Below, piece by piece: positions 1-9,737 of a stretch of DNA of 64,000 nucleotides. A model generated the notes under the pieces. The model was given only the letters and a program-made list of their open reading frames with translations. It was not told where the DNA came from and made no database searches. This DNA is from a bacterium (GTDB lineage Bacteria > Patescibacteriota > Minisyncoccia > Phycocordibacterales > Zambryskibacteraceae), in NCBI GenBank assembly GCA_030650605.1, contig JAUSDP010000020.1:83282-147281 (forward strand). The letters are read 5' to 3'. The translations under genes and the position numbers were made by a program. Within the stretch, counting starts at the first letter, position 1; every line of letters starts with the position of its first letter.

Positions 1-145
1 ACTTTATTGCCTTCCTTATTGCAGTCACAAACAAAATGAAACCAATCACACCAACAACTGTGCGAATCAATAATTCCAACAATACGAAGAGGCTCGATAC
101 ATTTACAAGCATCTGACCGAGGTCTGTTGATGTGAGATTATTCAT
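1..145 (-). CDS. traQ: TraQ/IcmC-like membrane protein (5' part; runs off window)
   Basis: Read by hand: ATG at 145 gives MNNLTSTDLGQMLVNVSSLFVLLELLIRTVVGVIGFILFVTAIRKAIK, open to base 1; hydrophobic; follows traP as in the IncI1 order. Confidence 0.55.
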   Translation of the reverse strand, partial: MNNLTSTDLGQMLVNVSSLFVLLELLIRTVVGVIGFILFVTAIRKAIK

Positions 146-207
146 TGTCTATTATTTGTATCTGCATATTTATACGAACTTATACTTCAAAAAAAAATGC
201 CGTATGT

Positions 208-1128
208 TTAGCGAATACGTCCTCTATTGGTAACGACTTCACCAACATCGGGATTTATACTTAGCACCTTGGATCCATTTATTGCGGAACCAACCGTGAT
301 GTATTCACTGATACTTCCATGGGTCACTCTAGCCTGGCCTGGCGTAATCGCATCGATACGATAATCGGTGAAATTAGCTAAATCTTGTACCTCCTTTACG
401 TTGGATACGACGACTCTTCTAGCCTTGATGTTTGTCAGACGCTTACTTCCTTGGTGTGATTTTGAAGCGACTGTTAACGCATTTTTTTCAATCGTTGCTG
501 CCCTATCCAATGCTGCCTGTTTCGCACTACGCTCTTCTTTCAACTGACTTGACAACAGACTCACTTGTTTTTCAAGCTCCTCTATTCGAGCCGTACTATT
601 AATATTCTTCCCCGTTTCCGCTGATGTTTTTGTCACATTTCCACTGGGCATAACGTCGTTTGGCACGTTTGAACTAGACGCAGCGGAAGTGGCCACAGCG
701 ATAGGAAGAATAACCGCACGATCTGCAGCTAAGGAAGCTGCAGCGGCATCAATGACTACCGTGCTAGATGCCTGCGACGCTGCCGCAACAGAATGGGCTT
801 GAGGTCGTATTGGATCTGCCATGACGATCGGAGACTGATCGGTCTGACCAGAACTTCGAAGCGCCATCATCTGTTGAACGTACAGTGCACCAACAATCCC
901 CAAAAACAAGACGAGACTGCCTACCCAAAAATACCATCGTTTAAAAATCGATTTTTTCGGTTCGTCGAACGATTCATTTTGCCCCGGTTCATTACCCTCG
1001 TCATTGTGGTCGTCTCGGCGACTTGATTCAACATGATCAACGTCTTGAACGCGCCTCACGTCGTCATGTTCACTTGGAAAGTAACTATCCAATGAATCAA
1101 CTCCTTCTACATTATTTTCACTCATCAC
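208..1128 (-). CDS. traP: TraP/IcmG(DotF)-like conjugation protein
   Basis: Acidic N-terminus, one TM segment, coiled coil, DotF-like C-terminus (YRIDAITPGQARV...GEVVTNRG); follows traO. Confidence 0.7.
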   Translation of the reverse strand: MMSENNVEGVDSLDSYFPSEHDDVRRVQDVDHVESSRRDDHNDEGNEPGQNESFDEPKKSIFKRWYFWVGSLVLFLGIVGALYVQQMMALRSSGQTDQSPIVMADPIRPQAHSVAAASQASSTVVIDAAAASLAADRAVILPIAVATSAASSSNVPNDVMPSGNVTKTSAETGKNINSTARIEELEKQVSLLSSQLKEERSAKQAALDRAATIEKNALTVASKSHQGSKRLTNIKARRVVVSNVKEVQDLANFTDYRIDAITPGQARVTHGSISEYITVGSAINGSKVLSINPDVGEVVTNRGRIR

Positions 1129-1162
1129 TGTTCCTTACAAATATTGTTGAAATTGGCTTCTT

Positions 1163-2359
1163 TTATTGGATAAATAGTACCGCTACGGTCGTATTAGCGG
1201 GATTAGAAACATGGGGGATAACTAAATCTTCATTCGCTATCGTCTTCCCTGTTTTCAAAGCTGCTTTAATTCCCGATGCAATTGCCTGATTATTCGTTGG
1301 AGCTGGAATCGTCGTGGCAACACCTCCAAAAGATGAGATGGCCGATTGTCCAGTTTGTGACCGAGCATCCGCATAAGCATAGGCAGCATCAAAAACCAGT
1401 GGCAACGCGTGGCGGTTTATGAGCTCACGGTCATACTCGCCTGTAACCGCCTCACTCAACATTGTCGAATCAAGAGCAATAGCTTTCACCGAGTAGTGCT
1501 GATTATTAAAATACATGTCAGTAAATTCTATCTTCATGAAACTGCTTACACGGACAGCTTCACCTTTCAATTTCGCCCCTGCATATGGACCTGAAGCTAT
1601 GGTCACAATCGCTAACGGTGCTATGTCCGTCCGAATAGGTTTATCCAACGTTGCGGGAAAAGCGTGGAGCAAATTCTTTTCATAGTTAAGCGGCTTATTA
1701 TTCTGAGTTTTTGCTACCGCATTGGAATCGGCCACGACTTGGCCGCCGTCACTACCCCGCGACAAATTAGGATCATTTGGTCCCGTTTTGTCTTGAATAT
1801 AGACTGTAGAAACCTGCCCTGCTCTCGGAGGTGACCAGTCTTTCATGAGCTGTTTAAGTTGTTCCGCATAAACACCAAGTTCCGGCGTCTTTACTTGCTC
1901 ATCGCGTACTCGCGTATTTTGTGATTGAGCTGTCGCCTGCATGTCAGCTCCGGGTGTGCCGGCCACTTGTATCGTATTTGTTCCAGCACCATCCTTGTTC
2001 ATCGCCACATCAACAGGCTTATCAATGATCACCGGCAAATATGTTTTTCCCGTTGCCTGCGCCTTGGCTTGATCTTCTTCATTTTTGTCGGTGGCCAACT
2101 TAACGTACTGGCGATTAGGTCCGCCTTTTTCGGTCATTCCACCTTCCATAGTAATATTTGATTTTTCGGCACTAACTTTCTGATCACCGAATACGTAGAT
2201 TAACGAGCCAGTTGTCGCAAGAATTGCGATTAACATTACGCTGCCAATTACCCAAAGATTTTTTTTCATTCCAGGATGAATTTTCTTCTTTTCCTTTGTC
2301 TCAATTGGCAATTCATTGACAATTTCGTCCTGCATAGCATTGTTTGCCGGCTTATCCAT
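1163..2359 (-). CDS. traO: TraO/IcmE(DotG), VirB10-like core protein
   Basis: N-terminal TM; C-terminal TrbI/VirB10-like region (SGPYAGAKLKG, AIALD); AGGAG RBS before the ATG at 2359; synteny. Confidence 0.85.
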   Translation of the reverse strand: MDKPANNAMQDEIVNELPIETKEKKKIHPGMKKNLWVIGSVMLIAILATTGSLIYVFGDQKVSAEKSNITMEGGMTEKGGPNRQYVKLATDKNEEDQAKAQATGKTYLPVIIDKPVDVAMNKDGAGTNTIQVAGTPGADMQATAQSQNTRVRDEQVKTPELGVYAEQLKQLMKDWSPPRAGQVSTVYIQDKTGPNDPNLSRGSDGGQVVADSNAVAKTQNNKPLNYEKNLLHAFPATLDKPIRTDIAPLAIVTIASGPYAGAKLKGEAVRVSSFMKIEFTDMYFNNQHYSVKAIALDSTMLSEAVTGEYDRELINRHALPLVFDAAYAYADARSQTGQSAISSFGGVATTIPAPTNNQAIASGIKAALKTGKTIANEDLVIPHVSNPANTTVAVLFIQ

Positions 2360-2367
2360 AAGACTCC

Positions 2368-3372
2368 TCAAAATTCGATTGAAACGGTACGTGGAATACC
2401 ATTCACAGATACCGCGACAAGTGGAGTCAACGGCATGCTGTAGACAAATGTCCCATCCTGCGAAGGAACCCGCTCATCGAAAGTATTCATAATGGTCGCA
2501 GCAGTGCGAATAATTAACTTGTCGTCTAACTGCCATGCGCGAACAAGAGGATCTGACGTAACCAACGAAACCGATCCGGCCGGTATGATGCCATCTAACA
2601 AATCGAATAGTCGTCGATCAACATTTGCCGCTCGTGCCTCAGTCCTGGCTGGAATCGGATTTATCACACCAGGTTTTTGTCTTGGGACCCTGAGATCTTT
2701 TCTTGTATCGGTTACTTTTTGACCGCCGTAAATCATCAATACTATTGGCGTATCGAAACCGTCCAAAAATACGGTAACCGAGCCCTGCCCGTATGACCCT
2801 AAGTTAGAAATTGTTAAAGTATTCGAACTCGGAAATGGCTTGTCAGATTTAAAGTCGTCTTTATTGAATTCGGTTACAGCCTTAATAGGCCAAGGGTTCC
2901 CGGATGCGTCAATAAAATTGATTGTTGCGCCGAAAAAAGGAGATACGCAGATACCTGGTGGGGCTGCACCTGGCGACAAATCCAACGTGTCACTAGATAT
3001 TTTTGGAACAGTAATTATCTTTGCTCTTGCAGCTCTACGTTGTTGATCAACAGTCTCTTGCCAACCTCTGATTTGTTCAGGCGAAACTGGAAATATCTGA
3101 GCCTTTGCGCTTTCATACTGAAATTCTTTCGTCGGCATGACGGGAACCAACGGCACTGCGCCAGAAGACGAATTTGATATTCCGGCAGATTGGCCCTGAT
3201 TTGCGCTTGGGATAATCGGCTGAGATGGATCTGACGCCGAATTAGCCTTTTTTGCTGGAGTTATCGGCTGACTTTGCGCCCAAGACTGTTGTGACAATGA
3301 TGACGCGAAACTCAACGCTAAAATTGCGAACAACCACCCTTTTTTTTGAATTTTCATATCGAATTCAATCAT
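2368..3372 (-). CDS. traN: TraN/IcmK(DotH) core complex protein
   Basis: Signal peptide; motifs PVSPEQIR, LDLSPGAAPP, FIDASGNPWPI, LLDGIIPAGS, VRAW typical of DotH/TraN. Confidence 0.88.
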   Translation of the reverse strand: MIEFDMKIQKKGWLFAILALSFASSLSQQSWAQSQPITPAKKANSASDPSQPIIPSANQGQSAGISNSSSGAVPLVPVMPTKEFQYESAKAQIFPVSPEQIRGWQETVDQQRRAARAKIITVPKISSDTLDLSPGAAPPGICVSPFFGATINFIDASGNPWPIKAVTEFNKDDFKSDKPFPSSNTLTISNLGSYGQGSVTVFLDGFDTPIVLMIYGGQKVTDTRKDLRVPRQKPGVINPIPARTEARAANVDRRLFDLLDGIIPAGSVSLVTSDPLVRAWQLDDKLIIRTAATIMNTFDERVPSQDGTFVYSMPLTPLVAVSVNGIPRTVSIEF

Positions 3373-3620
3373 TTAAAAGGAATACCGGTCAGCAGGGCGA
3401 GACGATGCCGAAACTCGCAAATGCCATAGATGTAGCCTCGGGCGGCTTCGTTAGGAGCTTCGTGAAAAGCTTGCTCGATTACCTCTTTCCTACTCAGATA
3501 TAAATCCGAGTTTTCCAAATACTGATCAAACCAGTCAGATCCTTTAAGTCCCTCAATTGGGTCAGGCAGACCAACAACGGGATTTAGAATTGAAAATTTA
3601 TTTGTAGAATCTTCGCGCAT
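3369..3620 (-). CDS. small hypothetical protein in tra operon
   Basis: 83-aa ORF packed between traM and traN, 4-bp overlap with traN. Confidence 0.6.
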   Translation of the reverse strand: MREDSTNKFSILNPVVGLPDPIEGLKGSDWFDQYLENSDLYLSRKEVIEQAFHEAPNEAARGYIYGICEFRHRLALLTGIPFK

Positions 3621-3632
3621 GAAACATCCCTT

Positions 3633-4283
3633 TTAATTTTTTGTGACAAGCAAGAATGAGGCAACTGCAATGCCTCTTGGATTATCAACATTAACGACGC
3701 GTGCAATATTTAACACCGCGATCAAGTTACTCGTTATGTCCCCATCTTTTCCACTTAAGACCAAATAGACGGGCGCTTCGATCCGTTGATGCAAAACACC
3801 GTTGATTATTCTTTGATCAGTTAAGACCCATCCACCATGTCTCGAAATGCTACTGACACGACTTTCCTTGATGATTTTTTGAAGATATCCCTGCCTATCG
3901 AGGACTTGTTTGTATTCTTGATATCCTTCAGGCGTATAGAATGGTTCCGCATTGGCTATTTGCGTAAAGTTGTTTTTAAAATCGAGCACAAATGACGCTT
4001 GTAATGCCTCATCTCCAAACGCAAATAGCGCCACATTTGTTGCCATGGGCTCCGATAAAGGAACTAGCCGCATGATTCGACCGTCGATTGACCTAGCGAA
4101 GTATTCAATTGGACGACGGGTAAATCTGTCAACACAGATAAATAAAAACAGAACAATAACAACTACCATCAAAATAATATTAATGGTTACCATGCTCCGA
4201 AACATGGAACGAATATCGTCCTGATGCTCAGCATTTTTCTTCATTCTTTCGACATCCGCATCTAGTGCTCTCTTGCTTTGCAT
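3633..4283 (-). CDS. traM: TraM/IcmL(DotI), VirB8-like
   Basis: TM then YFARSIDGRIMRLVPLSEP, YTPEGYQEY, NPRGIAV. Confidence 0.88.
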   Translation of the reverse strand: MQSKRALDADVERMKKNAEHQDDIRSMFRSMVTINIILMVVVIVLFLFICVDRFTRRPIEYFARSIDGRIMRLVPLSEPMATNVALFAFGDEALQASFVLDFKNNFTQIANAEPFYTPEGYQEYKQVLDRQGYLQKIIKESRVSSISRHGGWVLTDQRIINGVLHQRIEAPVYLVLSGKDGDITSNLIAVLNIARVVNVDNPRGIAVASFLLVTKN

Positions 4284-4310
4284 GGTTAAACTTTTCTAAT
4301 TTTTTGGTTA

Positions 4311-4556
4311 TTAAGCAGAAATCTTGTCTATTTTCTTAAGCGCCGGCATCTCGGCAGTAGTAATCCCTATGCTTGAGCAATAGGCGGTAAGTCGAGCAGG
4401 ATGCGGAAACGTTAAACTTCGCTCAATTCTTGAAATAGAAGATGGAGACGTTGGAACTCCCAATGTCTGCAGTTTTTTTGCGAGTTCGACAAGTGTTAAT
4501 CCCAAGCTAATTCTTTTCTTATACAAGAAATCATCGCTTTCAATTTGCTTGGTCAT
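4311..4556 (-). CDS. XRE-family HTH regulator
   Basis: KRISLGLTLVELA...SSISRIER HTH pattern; first gene of the traM operon. Confidence 0.8.
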   Translation of the reverse strand: MTKQIESDDFLYKKRISLGLTLVELAKKLQTLGVPTSPSSISRIERSLTFPHPARLTAYCSSIGITTAEMPALKKIDKISA

Positions 4557-4627
4557 CGATAGTTCCTAGTGGTGTTGGTTATTTGCATTTATTTGCATAG
4601 TACAGATAAAAATTGAATTTTGCAATC

Positions 4628-4647
4628 CGTAGAATAGATAATGTACG
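4628..4647. promoter_or_regulatory. CGTA-N12-TACG operator (one of about 11 copies)
   Basis: CGTAgaatagataatgTACG upstream of the XRE gene; same motif recurs at other intergenic sites. Confidence 0.6.
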
Positions 4648-4754
4648 AAACCAGTTTCAATTTTGGTTTTTAAGCATATCGTCTAGTTTTGTTAAATTTG
4701 CGCTGCTAATTTTTGTTGGTAGAATAGGTATCAAACACGGCGAGAAATTTCGGA

Positions 4755-4930
4755 GTGTGAGCTTCGGCAGATGATCGTGTGAGCTTCGGCAGATGATCGT
4801 GTGAGCTTCGGCAGATGATCGTGTGAGCTTCGGCAGATGATCGTGTGAGCTTCGGCAGATGTTTGTGTGAGCTTCGGCAGATGTTTGTGTGAGCTTCGGC
4901 AGATGATTGTGTGAGCTTCGGCAGATGATC
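4755..4930 (+). repeat. iteron array (oriV1): 8 tandem 22-bp repeats
   Basis: GTGTGAGCTTCGGCAGATG(ATC/TTT/ATT) x8, no spacers, two-helical-turn period, directly upstream of the TrfA-like gene. Confidence 0.9.
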
Positions 4931-4993
4931 TAAAAAATAGACTGCCTTGAAACCCGCACCCACTGGTCGTTTGCGCACCGCAACATCAAATGC

Positions 4994-5039
4994 TAATCAT
5001 TCTCTAATCAAGTTTTTAATCATTGTTTAATCATTTTTT
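4994..5039 (+). repeat. AT-rich DNA unwinding element candidate
   Basis: TAATCA at 4994, 5005, 5017, 5028 (11-12 bp period) in a T-rich tract next to the iterons. Confidence 0.6.
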
Positions 5040-5066
5040 AGTCTTTGTTTACGACACATCAAAATT

Positions 5067-6443
5067 ATGGGCATTAATATGAACCACGAAAAAATCGTCC
5101 CTAACGCTACTACTGAAATTACGCCGCAAGAAGGAATGGACACGAATTTGATTGAATTAAGTGAAAATGACAAATCATTCGCTATTGGAAAAGTTCCGCA
5201 CGATAAAAGAGTGGCACCAAATATTTTTTTGAGGTCTGCACTTTTTTCATTGATCGCACTACCATCGGGCAAGAATGAATTGGTTGATTCAGATAAGGAT
5301 GTGTTTATTCCTTGTCAAGACGGATATGAAGTGTCAGTAAGGGGCCATAAATTGGACCAGGGAGACCAAGATGTTTATTTAGAATGTATGGCAGTTGCAC
5401 TTGCCAATATCAATTCCAAAGTCACTTTTTCTCATCGTGAAATTTTAGGTGCCCTGGACATATCTGTCTGTGGTACCGCAGTACAACGACTTCGTGATCG
5501 CCTAAATAAAATGGTTTCCACTTCTCTTTTTCTGAAAAGGCGCGAAAACAAGACAGGAAGATGGCGTACTTATTCTGGGAACCTATTGAATTGGTCTGAA
5601 GATTCTGGCGGAAATATGTCTGTCCAGATCAATATGGATTTTCTAGTATTTTTGCAATCCGATTTCACGGCAATCGACTGGCAAGAGAGGCTTGGAATTA
5701 ATTCAGCGCTTGCAAAATGGATGCATGGCTACTATTCATCACATAAACATCCATTTCCAATCAGCGTTAAAAAGGTGCATGAATTATCTGGAAGTACCAA
5801 CACCAAAATGTACAGTTTTCGAGGTGAAATAAATAAGTCAATCAAGGAACTGGCGGCTATCGGATTTATAGAACCAGAAACCTCTGGAATTAATAAATCT
5901 GACGCGCTAGTGATTGAGCGGCGAAAAGAGAAAAGACCACCGGGGGAACCTCCAATTTCTTTGAAAAAAATTCGGAAGTCAACAGTAAAAAAAGCAGAAG
6001 CTTCTGTGAATATTAGTGATGCCTCAGTTACAGGATTTGATTTACTGGGAGATCCTATTCTTGGTGAGTGCACTGAAAATAAGAAACGTTTGGCGACCGG
6101 AATTTACCCGCAACAATTCGAAGACGTATGGGCTATTTACCCAAAACGTGCTGGTGATAATCCAAAAGGTGCGGCCTACTCTCAATGGAATAAAAGAGTT
6201 CAGGCAGGTCTCAACGGAGATACGCCTGACACCATTCTTAATGGCGTACATCGATATATAAAATTTTGCCAATCCACTGACAAAGTCGGTACTGAATATG
6301 TCTTGCAAGGACAAACATTTTTCGGTGCAAATCGGAGGTTCGCTGATGAATGGAAATTGCCTGTAAAAAAAGAAAAATCAGGTGTTATTGACGCCCATGT
6401 AGGCAGACAAGAATTTAAATTATCAGAAAAAGGATTTCTTTAA
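5067..6443 (+). CDS. trfA: TrfA-family replication initiator with phage-initiator-like C-terminal domain
   Basis: APNIFLRSALF, GHKLDQGDQDVYL, LAKWMHGYYSSHKHPFPISV are TrfA-like; FEDVWAIYPKRAG..NPKGAAYSQW..TFFG resembles phage replication-protein C-termini. Confidence 0.8.
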   Translation: MGINMNHEKIVPNATTEITPQEGMDTNLIELSENDKSFAIGKVPHDKRVAPNIFLRSALFSLIALPSGKNELVDSDKDVFIPCQDGYEVSVRGHKLDQGDQDVYLECMAVALANINSKVTFSHREILGALDISVCGTAVQRLRDRLNKMVSTSLFLKRRENKTGRWRTYSGNLLNWSEDSGGNMSVQINMDFLVFLQSDFTAIDWQERLGINSALAKWMHGYYSSHKHPFPISVKKVHELSGSTNTKMYSFRGEINKSIKELAAIGFIEPETSGINKSDALVIERRKEKRPPGEPPISLKKIRKSTVKKAEASVNISDASVTGFDLLGDPILGECTENKKRLATGIYPQQFEDVWAIYPKRAGDNPKGAAYSQWNKRVQAGLNGDTPDTILNGVHRYIKFCQSTDKVGTEYVLQGQTFFGANRRFADEWKLPVKKEKSGVIDAHVGRQEFKLSEKGFL

Positions 6444-6515
6444 TCTGATTGAATATTTGCCGTTGCTTGCTTCGCTCATATTTTTGCGTAGAATAGTGTA
6501 CATACGTATTTTAGA

Positions 6516-7418
6516 TTGAAATTTAGTTCATTTTTTGTGGAAAAAAAACAGATGCTGAAATTACTAAATATTGATTTTAACAAACAGTCAATGCCGACTC
6601 GATTAGTGATGGAACCGGTTCAATCGATTGACTCGATATGTGGCGTTCACGGAGCATATATAGGCGAGGTTTTTAGGTTTACGAACCAGGATCGCGTATC
6701 TGGGTGCCCAAAATGTCTTGAAGAAGGATATCAAAAGCAAGCTGTCTCTGATTTGGCGAAAACGAGAAAGCTGCTGCAAGAAAGTAATGCGCGAAGATTA
6801 TTTAGGCAGTCAATGCTTCCAGAAAAATACCTAACCGCCACCTTCAATTCTTACAAGCCAATATGCGATGAATCACGTTACGTTTTGAAAGTTATTCAGA
6901 ACTATTCCCGAAATTTTGAACAGCTACAAAAAAAGGGAACTTCACTAATTTTTCACGGCAATCCAGGTACCGGAAAAACATTTCTTTCATGCGCTACTGC
7001 TAAACATATTCAAGAACACTTCACATCAAAAAAAGTCTTGTATTGCACTTACGGTCAAATGATTGACTCTATTCGCCAGGCATACAGCGATTCAACCATA
7101 AGTAAAACAGATCGAATTCAATCATTTATTGAGCCTGATTTACTAATCATAGACGAAATAGGCATTGCGAACGAAACGACAGACGAATACGTTTTATTCA
7201 ATCGGGTCATGGATGGAAGATATCTGGCGACAGCCAAGCCCGTGATTCTTATTTCCAATTATTCAATTGAACAGGTTAATTCAAAATTAGGTGCCGCCGT
7301 CATGGATAGACTGAGGGAATCATGTTCTTTTCCGTTGGGATTTTCCTGGGAAGAGTCCTATCGAAAAAATATAGCTGATGAAAATAGGAACGAAGTTTGC
7401 GACCTGCTTGGTATCTAA
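6516..7418 (+). CDS. DnaC/IstB-like AAA+ helicase loader
   Basis: C..HG..CPKC, Walker A GNPGTGKT, Walker B LLIIDEIG, ILISN, MDRLRE. Confidence 0.88.
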   Translation: MKFSSFFVEKKQMLKLLNIDFNKQSMPTRLVMEPVQSIDSICGVHGAYIGEVFRFTNQDRVSGCPKCLEEGYQKQAVSDLAKTRKLLQESNARRLFRQSMLPEKYLTATFNSYKPICDESRYVLKVIQNYSRNFEQLQKKGTSLIFHGNPGTGKTFLSCATAKHIQEHFTSKKVLYCTYGQMIDSIRQAYSDSTISKTDRIQSFIEPDLLIIDEIGIANETTDEYVLFNRVMDGRYLATAKPVILISNYSIEQVNSKLGAAVMDRLRESCSFPLGFSWEESYRKNIADENRNEVCDLLGI

Positions 7419-7582
7419 ATCAGAGGTTATTGATGTGACGAGACTAGCCACAAAATCATTAGTTTTACCGCCTAATCGTCTCACCAACGGGACGTGCAAT
7501 ACATTTTGTCTCTGGTGGGCACTATTCCCTTAAACAGCTCTGGTGCCCTTCTACCAGGTCTAGGTGCCCGTAAGCCATTTAG

Positions 7583-8725
7583 ATGTATTTTACAAAAAAA
7601 TCCAAAACAAATATGACAATCAAACACGTGATTTCGGTTTCGAGCGGAAAAGATAGCGACAGCACCCTACTCATTGCACTCGATCGGTTTGGAAAAAATA
7701 ATGTTGTTCCAATTTTCTGCGATACAGGAAATGAACATGAAGAGGTCTATCAACATTTGAATTATTTGGAATTGGCTCTAGACATTAAGATTGTCCGGCT
7801 CAAAGCCAATTTCGACAACGAAATTGCGAACAAGAGGATGTTCATCGCACGCGACAAAAGGTTGAAGCGAGACTACAAGAAGGTCCCGAAAACAGACAGA
7901 AATGGTAATCCAGTGTATTGCAAGAATGAGGACGGAAGCGTTCGTCTATCGCCAGTCTATGATGAAAACTTCGAAGATAAGACGGTCATTCTCAAATACG
8001 TTCCGGAGCAAAAAATAGGCTATGACAGCGGTCGAAAAAGGCGCTGGAGCAATAAATCGAAGCGCCGAGCCCTTGAAGTATTAATTCCTACTGGAAATCC
8101 GTACCTGGATCTTTGTCTATGGAAAGGCCGATTTCCTAGTCGAAAGGCGCAATTTTGTACAGAAGAGCTGAAACGTAATCCTGTCGTCGAATTTCAACTG
8201 GAATTAGTTGAGCAAGGCTATACCGTCGTGAGTTGGCAAGGTGTCCGTCGGGATGAATCCGAGAGGCGTAAAAGTGCCTTGAAATTTGAGCGCATTGGTC
8301 CAGGCATGTATGTTTATCGCCCAATCGTCGAATGGACGGCCGCCATGACTTTCGATTTTATTTATGCTCATGGACTATTACCGAACTCATTGTACAAACA
8401 GGGAATGGGCAGAGTCGGTTGCATGCCATGCATTAACGCAAGAAAAGACGAATTGCATCAGATCTCCCGCCGATTCCCAGAACACATAGAAAGAATTTCA
8501 GAATGGGAATCCCTGGTTTCTTCCGCATCGAAGCACCAGGTAGCGACTTTCATTCCGGCTCCAGAAATTAAAAATATAACGAACAAACAGGAAGGTGCAA
8601 AAGCCCATGGTATTTGGTCCGTTATCGACTGGGCCAAAACTACTCGCGGCGGAAAACAATATGACCTGTTGGCCAATCTTGAAGATGCTCACGTATGCTC
8701 ATCGGCATACGGATTGTGCGAATAA
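7583..8725 (+). CDS. PAPS-reductase-family (PP-loop) protein, phage/MGE type
   Basis: SSGKDS PP-loop, CDTGNE, FCTEELK, GVRRDESERR, RVGCMPC, C-terminal CSSAYGLCE. Confidence 0.85.
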   Translation: MYFTKKSKTNMTIKHVISVSSGKDSDSTLLIALDRFGKNNVVPIFCDTGNEHEEVYQHLNYLELALDIKIVRLKANFDNEIANKRMFIARDKRLKRDYKKVPKTDRNGNPVYCKNEDGSVRLSPVYDENFEDKTVILKYVPEQKIGYDSGRKRRWSNKSKRRALEVLIPTGNPYLDLCLWKGRFPSRKAQFCTEELKRNPVVEFQLELVEQGYTVVSWQGVRRDESERRKSALKFERIGPGMYVYRPIVEWTAAMTFDFIYAHGLLPNSLYKQGMGRVGCMPCINARKDELHQISRRFPEHIERISEWESLVSSASKHQVATFIPAPEIKNITNKQEGAKAHGIWSVIDWAKTTRGGKQYDLLANLEDAHVCSSAYGLCE

Positions 8726-8987
8726 TGAAAAGTTACCTACGCTGAGTAACTTTATGTCCATTTCGCTAAGGATATGAATGGTGATGATTATGCGCCGTTT
8801 GTTTCTCTTTAGCGTTCGTTTAGGCGCTATTTAGTTTTTATTTAAAATTAATGCTTGAGACTAGCGTTTATTTATAAGCTAATTACAGACTATTTACATG
8901 CTGTCTAGTGCTGTATGCCGCTGTATATGCACTAATACCAAAAAAATGATCATCCGTAAAAAGTGAATAAAACCGTTCGTTTTCTAC

Positions 8988-9701
8988 TTAGGATAATTTC
9001 AGAGTATCACTTTCATTGTGTTTAAATTCAGCTAAAGCGTCTGCCACATTAAAATCGACGAGCATAATACGTTCGGTCGCACTCAAGCCTTGCCAATCCC
9101 GATGGGCAATTAGCGGCACATTCTGCATATGAGATAAATTAGCATTTGGATTGCGGATAAATAGATCATATACAACCGCCTCTCGTTGTTGGAACGATGA
9201 TTCATTCCACTCAACTGCATCGTTTGTATCGAGGTCAACCTTAAATCCCTTGGTATGCATGGCACGATTACCCCATTTGACAGTGTCAACCATTCCACAA
9301 CGCTCGACTGCAGCGTCGATTGCATCCGTAATTTCAGGCCCAGACAAACTCGAAATACTCAAAACTTTGACTGGCGCCTCTAACGTTAAGTTCGTGTCCA
9401 TAAAGTCGATCGTGTACGTTCCCGCTTCCAATTCAGATCGGACATTAATAGATCCTTGAAACTTGGACCCCATCACTGCGAAATGCAATCCAGAACGTAT
9501 AACGTTCATATTGGAGACATTCCAAGAGGCTACCGCGAACGTGCCAGGAGACTGTCGTCCGTGTTCTCCGCATACGCCTGTAATTATTTTGTGAAAAATT
9601 TCTTTTGCCACTCGTTCGCTTTCAAGCCGCTCTTCACGATTGAATTGATATGAGCGTTTTTTTGCAGAGGCAGCTACAAAACTAGCAGTTTCAGTTTTCA
9701 T
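8988..9701 (-). CDS. hypothetical protein
   Basis: 237-aa ORF with AGGA RBS, co-oriented downstream of the helicase. Confidence 0.7.
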   Translation of the reverse strand: MKTETASFVAASAKKRSYQFNREERLESERVAKEIFHKIITGVCGEHGRQSPGTFAVASWNVSNMNVIRSGLHFAVMGSKFQGSINVRSELEAGTYTIDFMDTNLTLEAPVKVLSISSLSGPEITDAIDAAVERCGMVDTVKWGNRAMHTKGFKVDLDTNDAVEWNESSFQQREAVVYDLFIRNPNANLSHMQNVPLIAHRDWQGLSATERIMLVDFNVADALAEFKHNESDTLKLS

Positions 9702-9737
9702 TATTAGTTCCTGTCACGTTTAATTAGTAAATTTGGA

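Noticed and set aside
4755-4930. CRISPR array
   Set aside because: Repeats are contiguous without unique spacers, there are no cas genes, and they adjoin a replication initiator
4706-4978. 90-aa ORF with repeated peptide
   Set aside because: Translation artefact of the iteron array
7583-8725. Dnd/Ssp phosphorothioation system
   Set aside because: No dndB/D/E or sspB/C genes in the window
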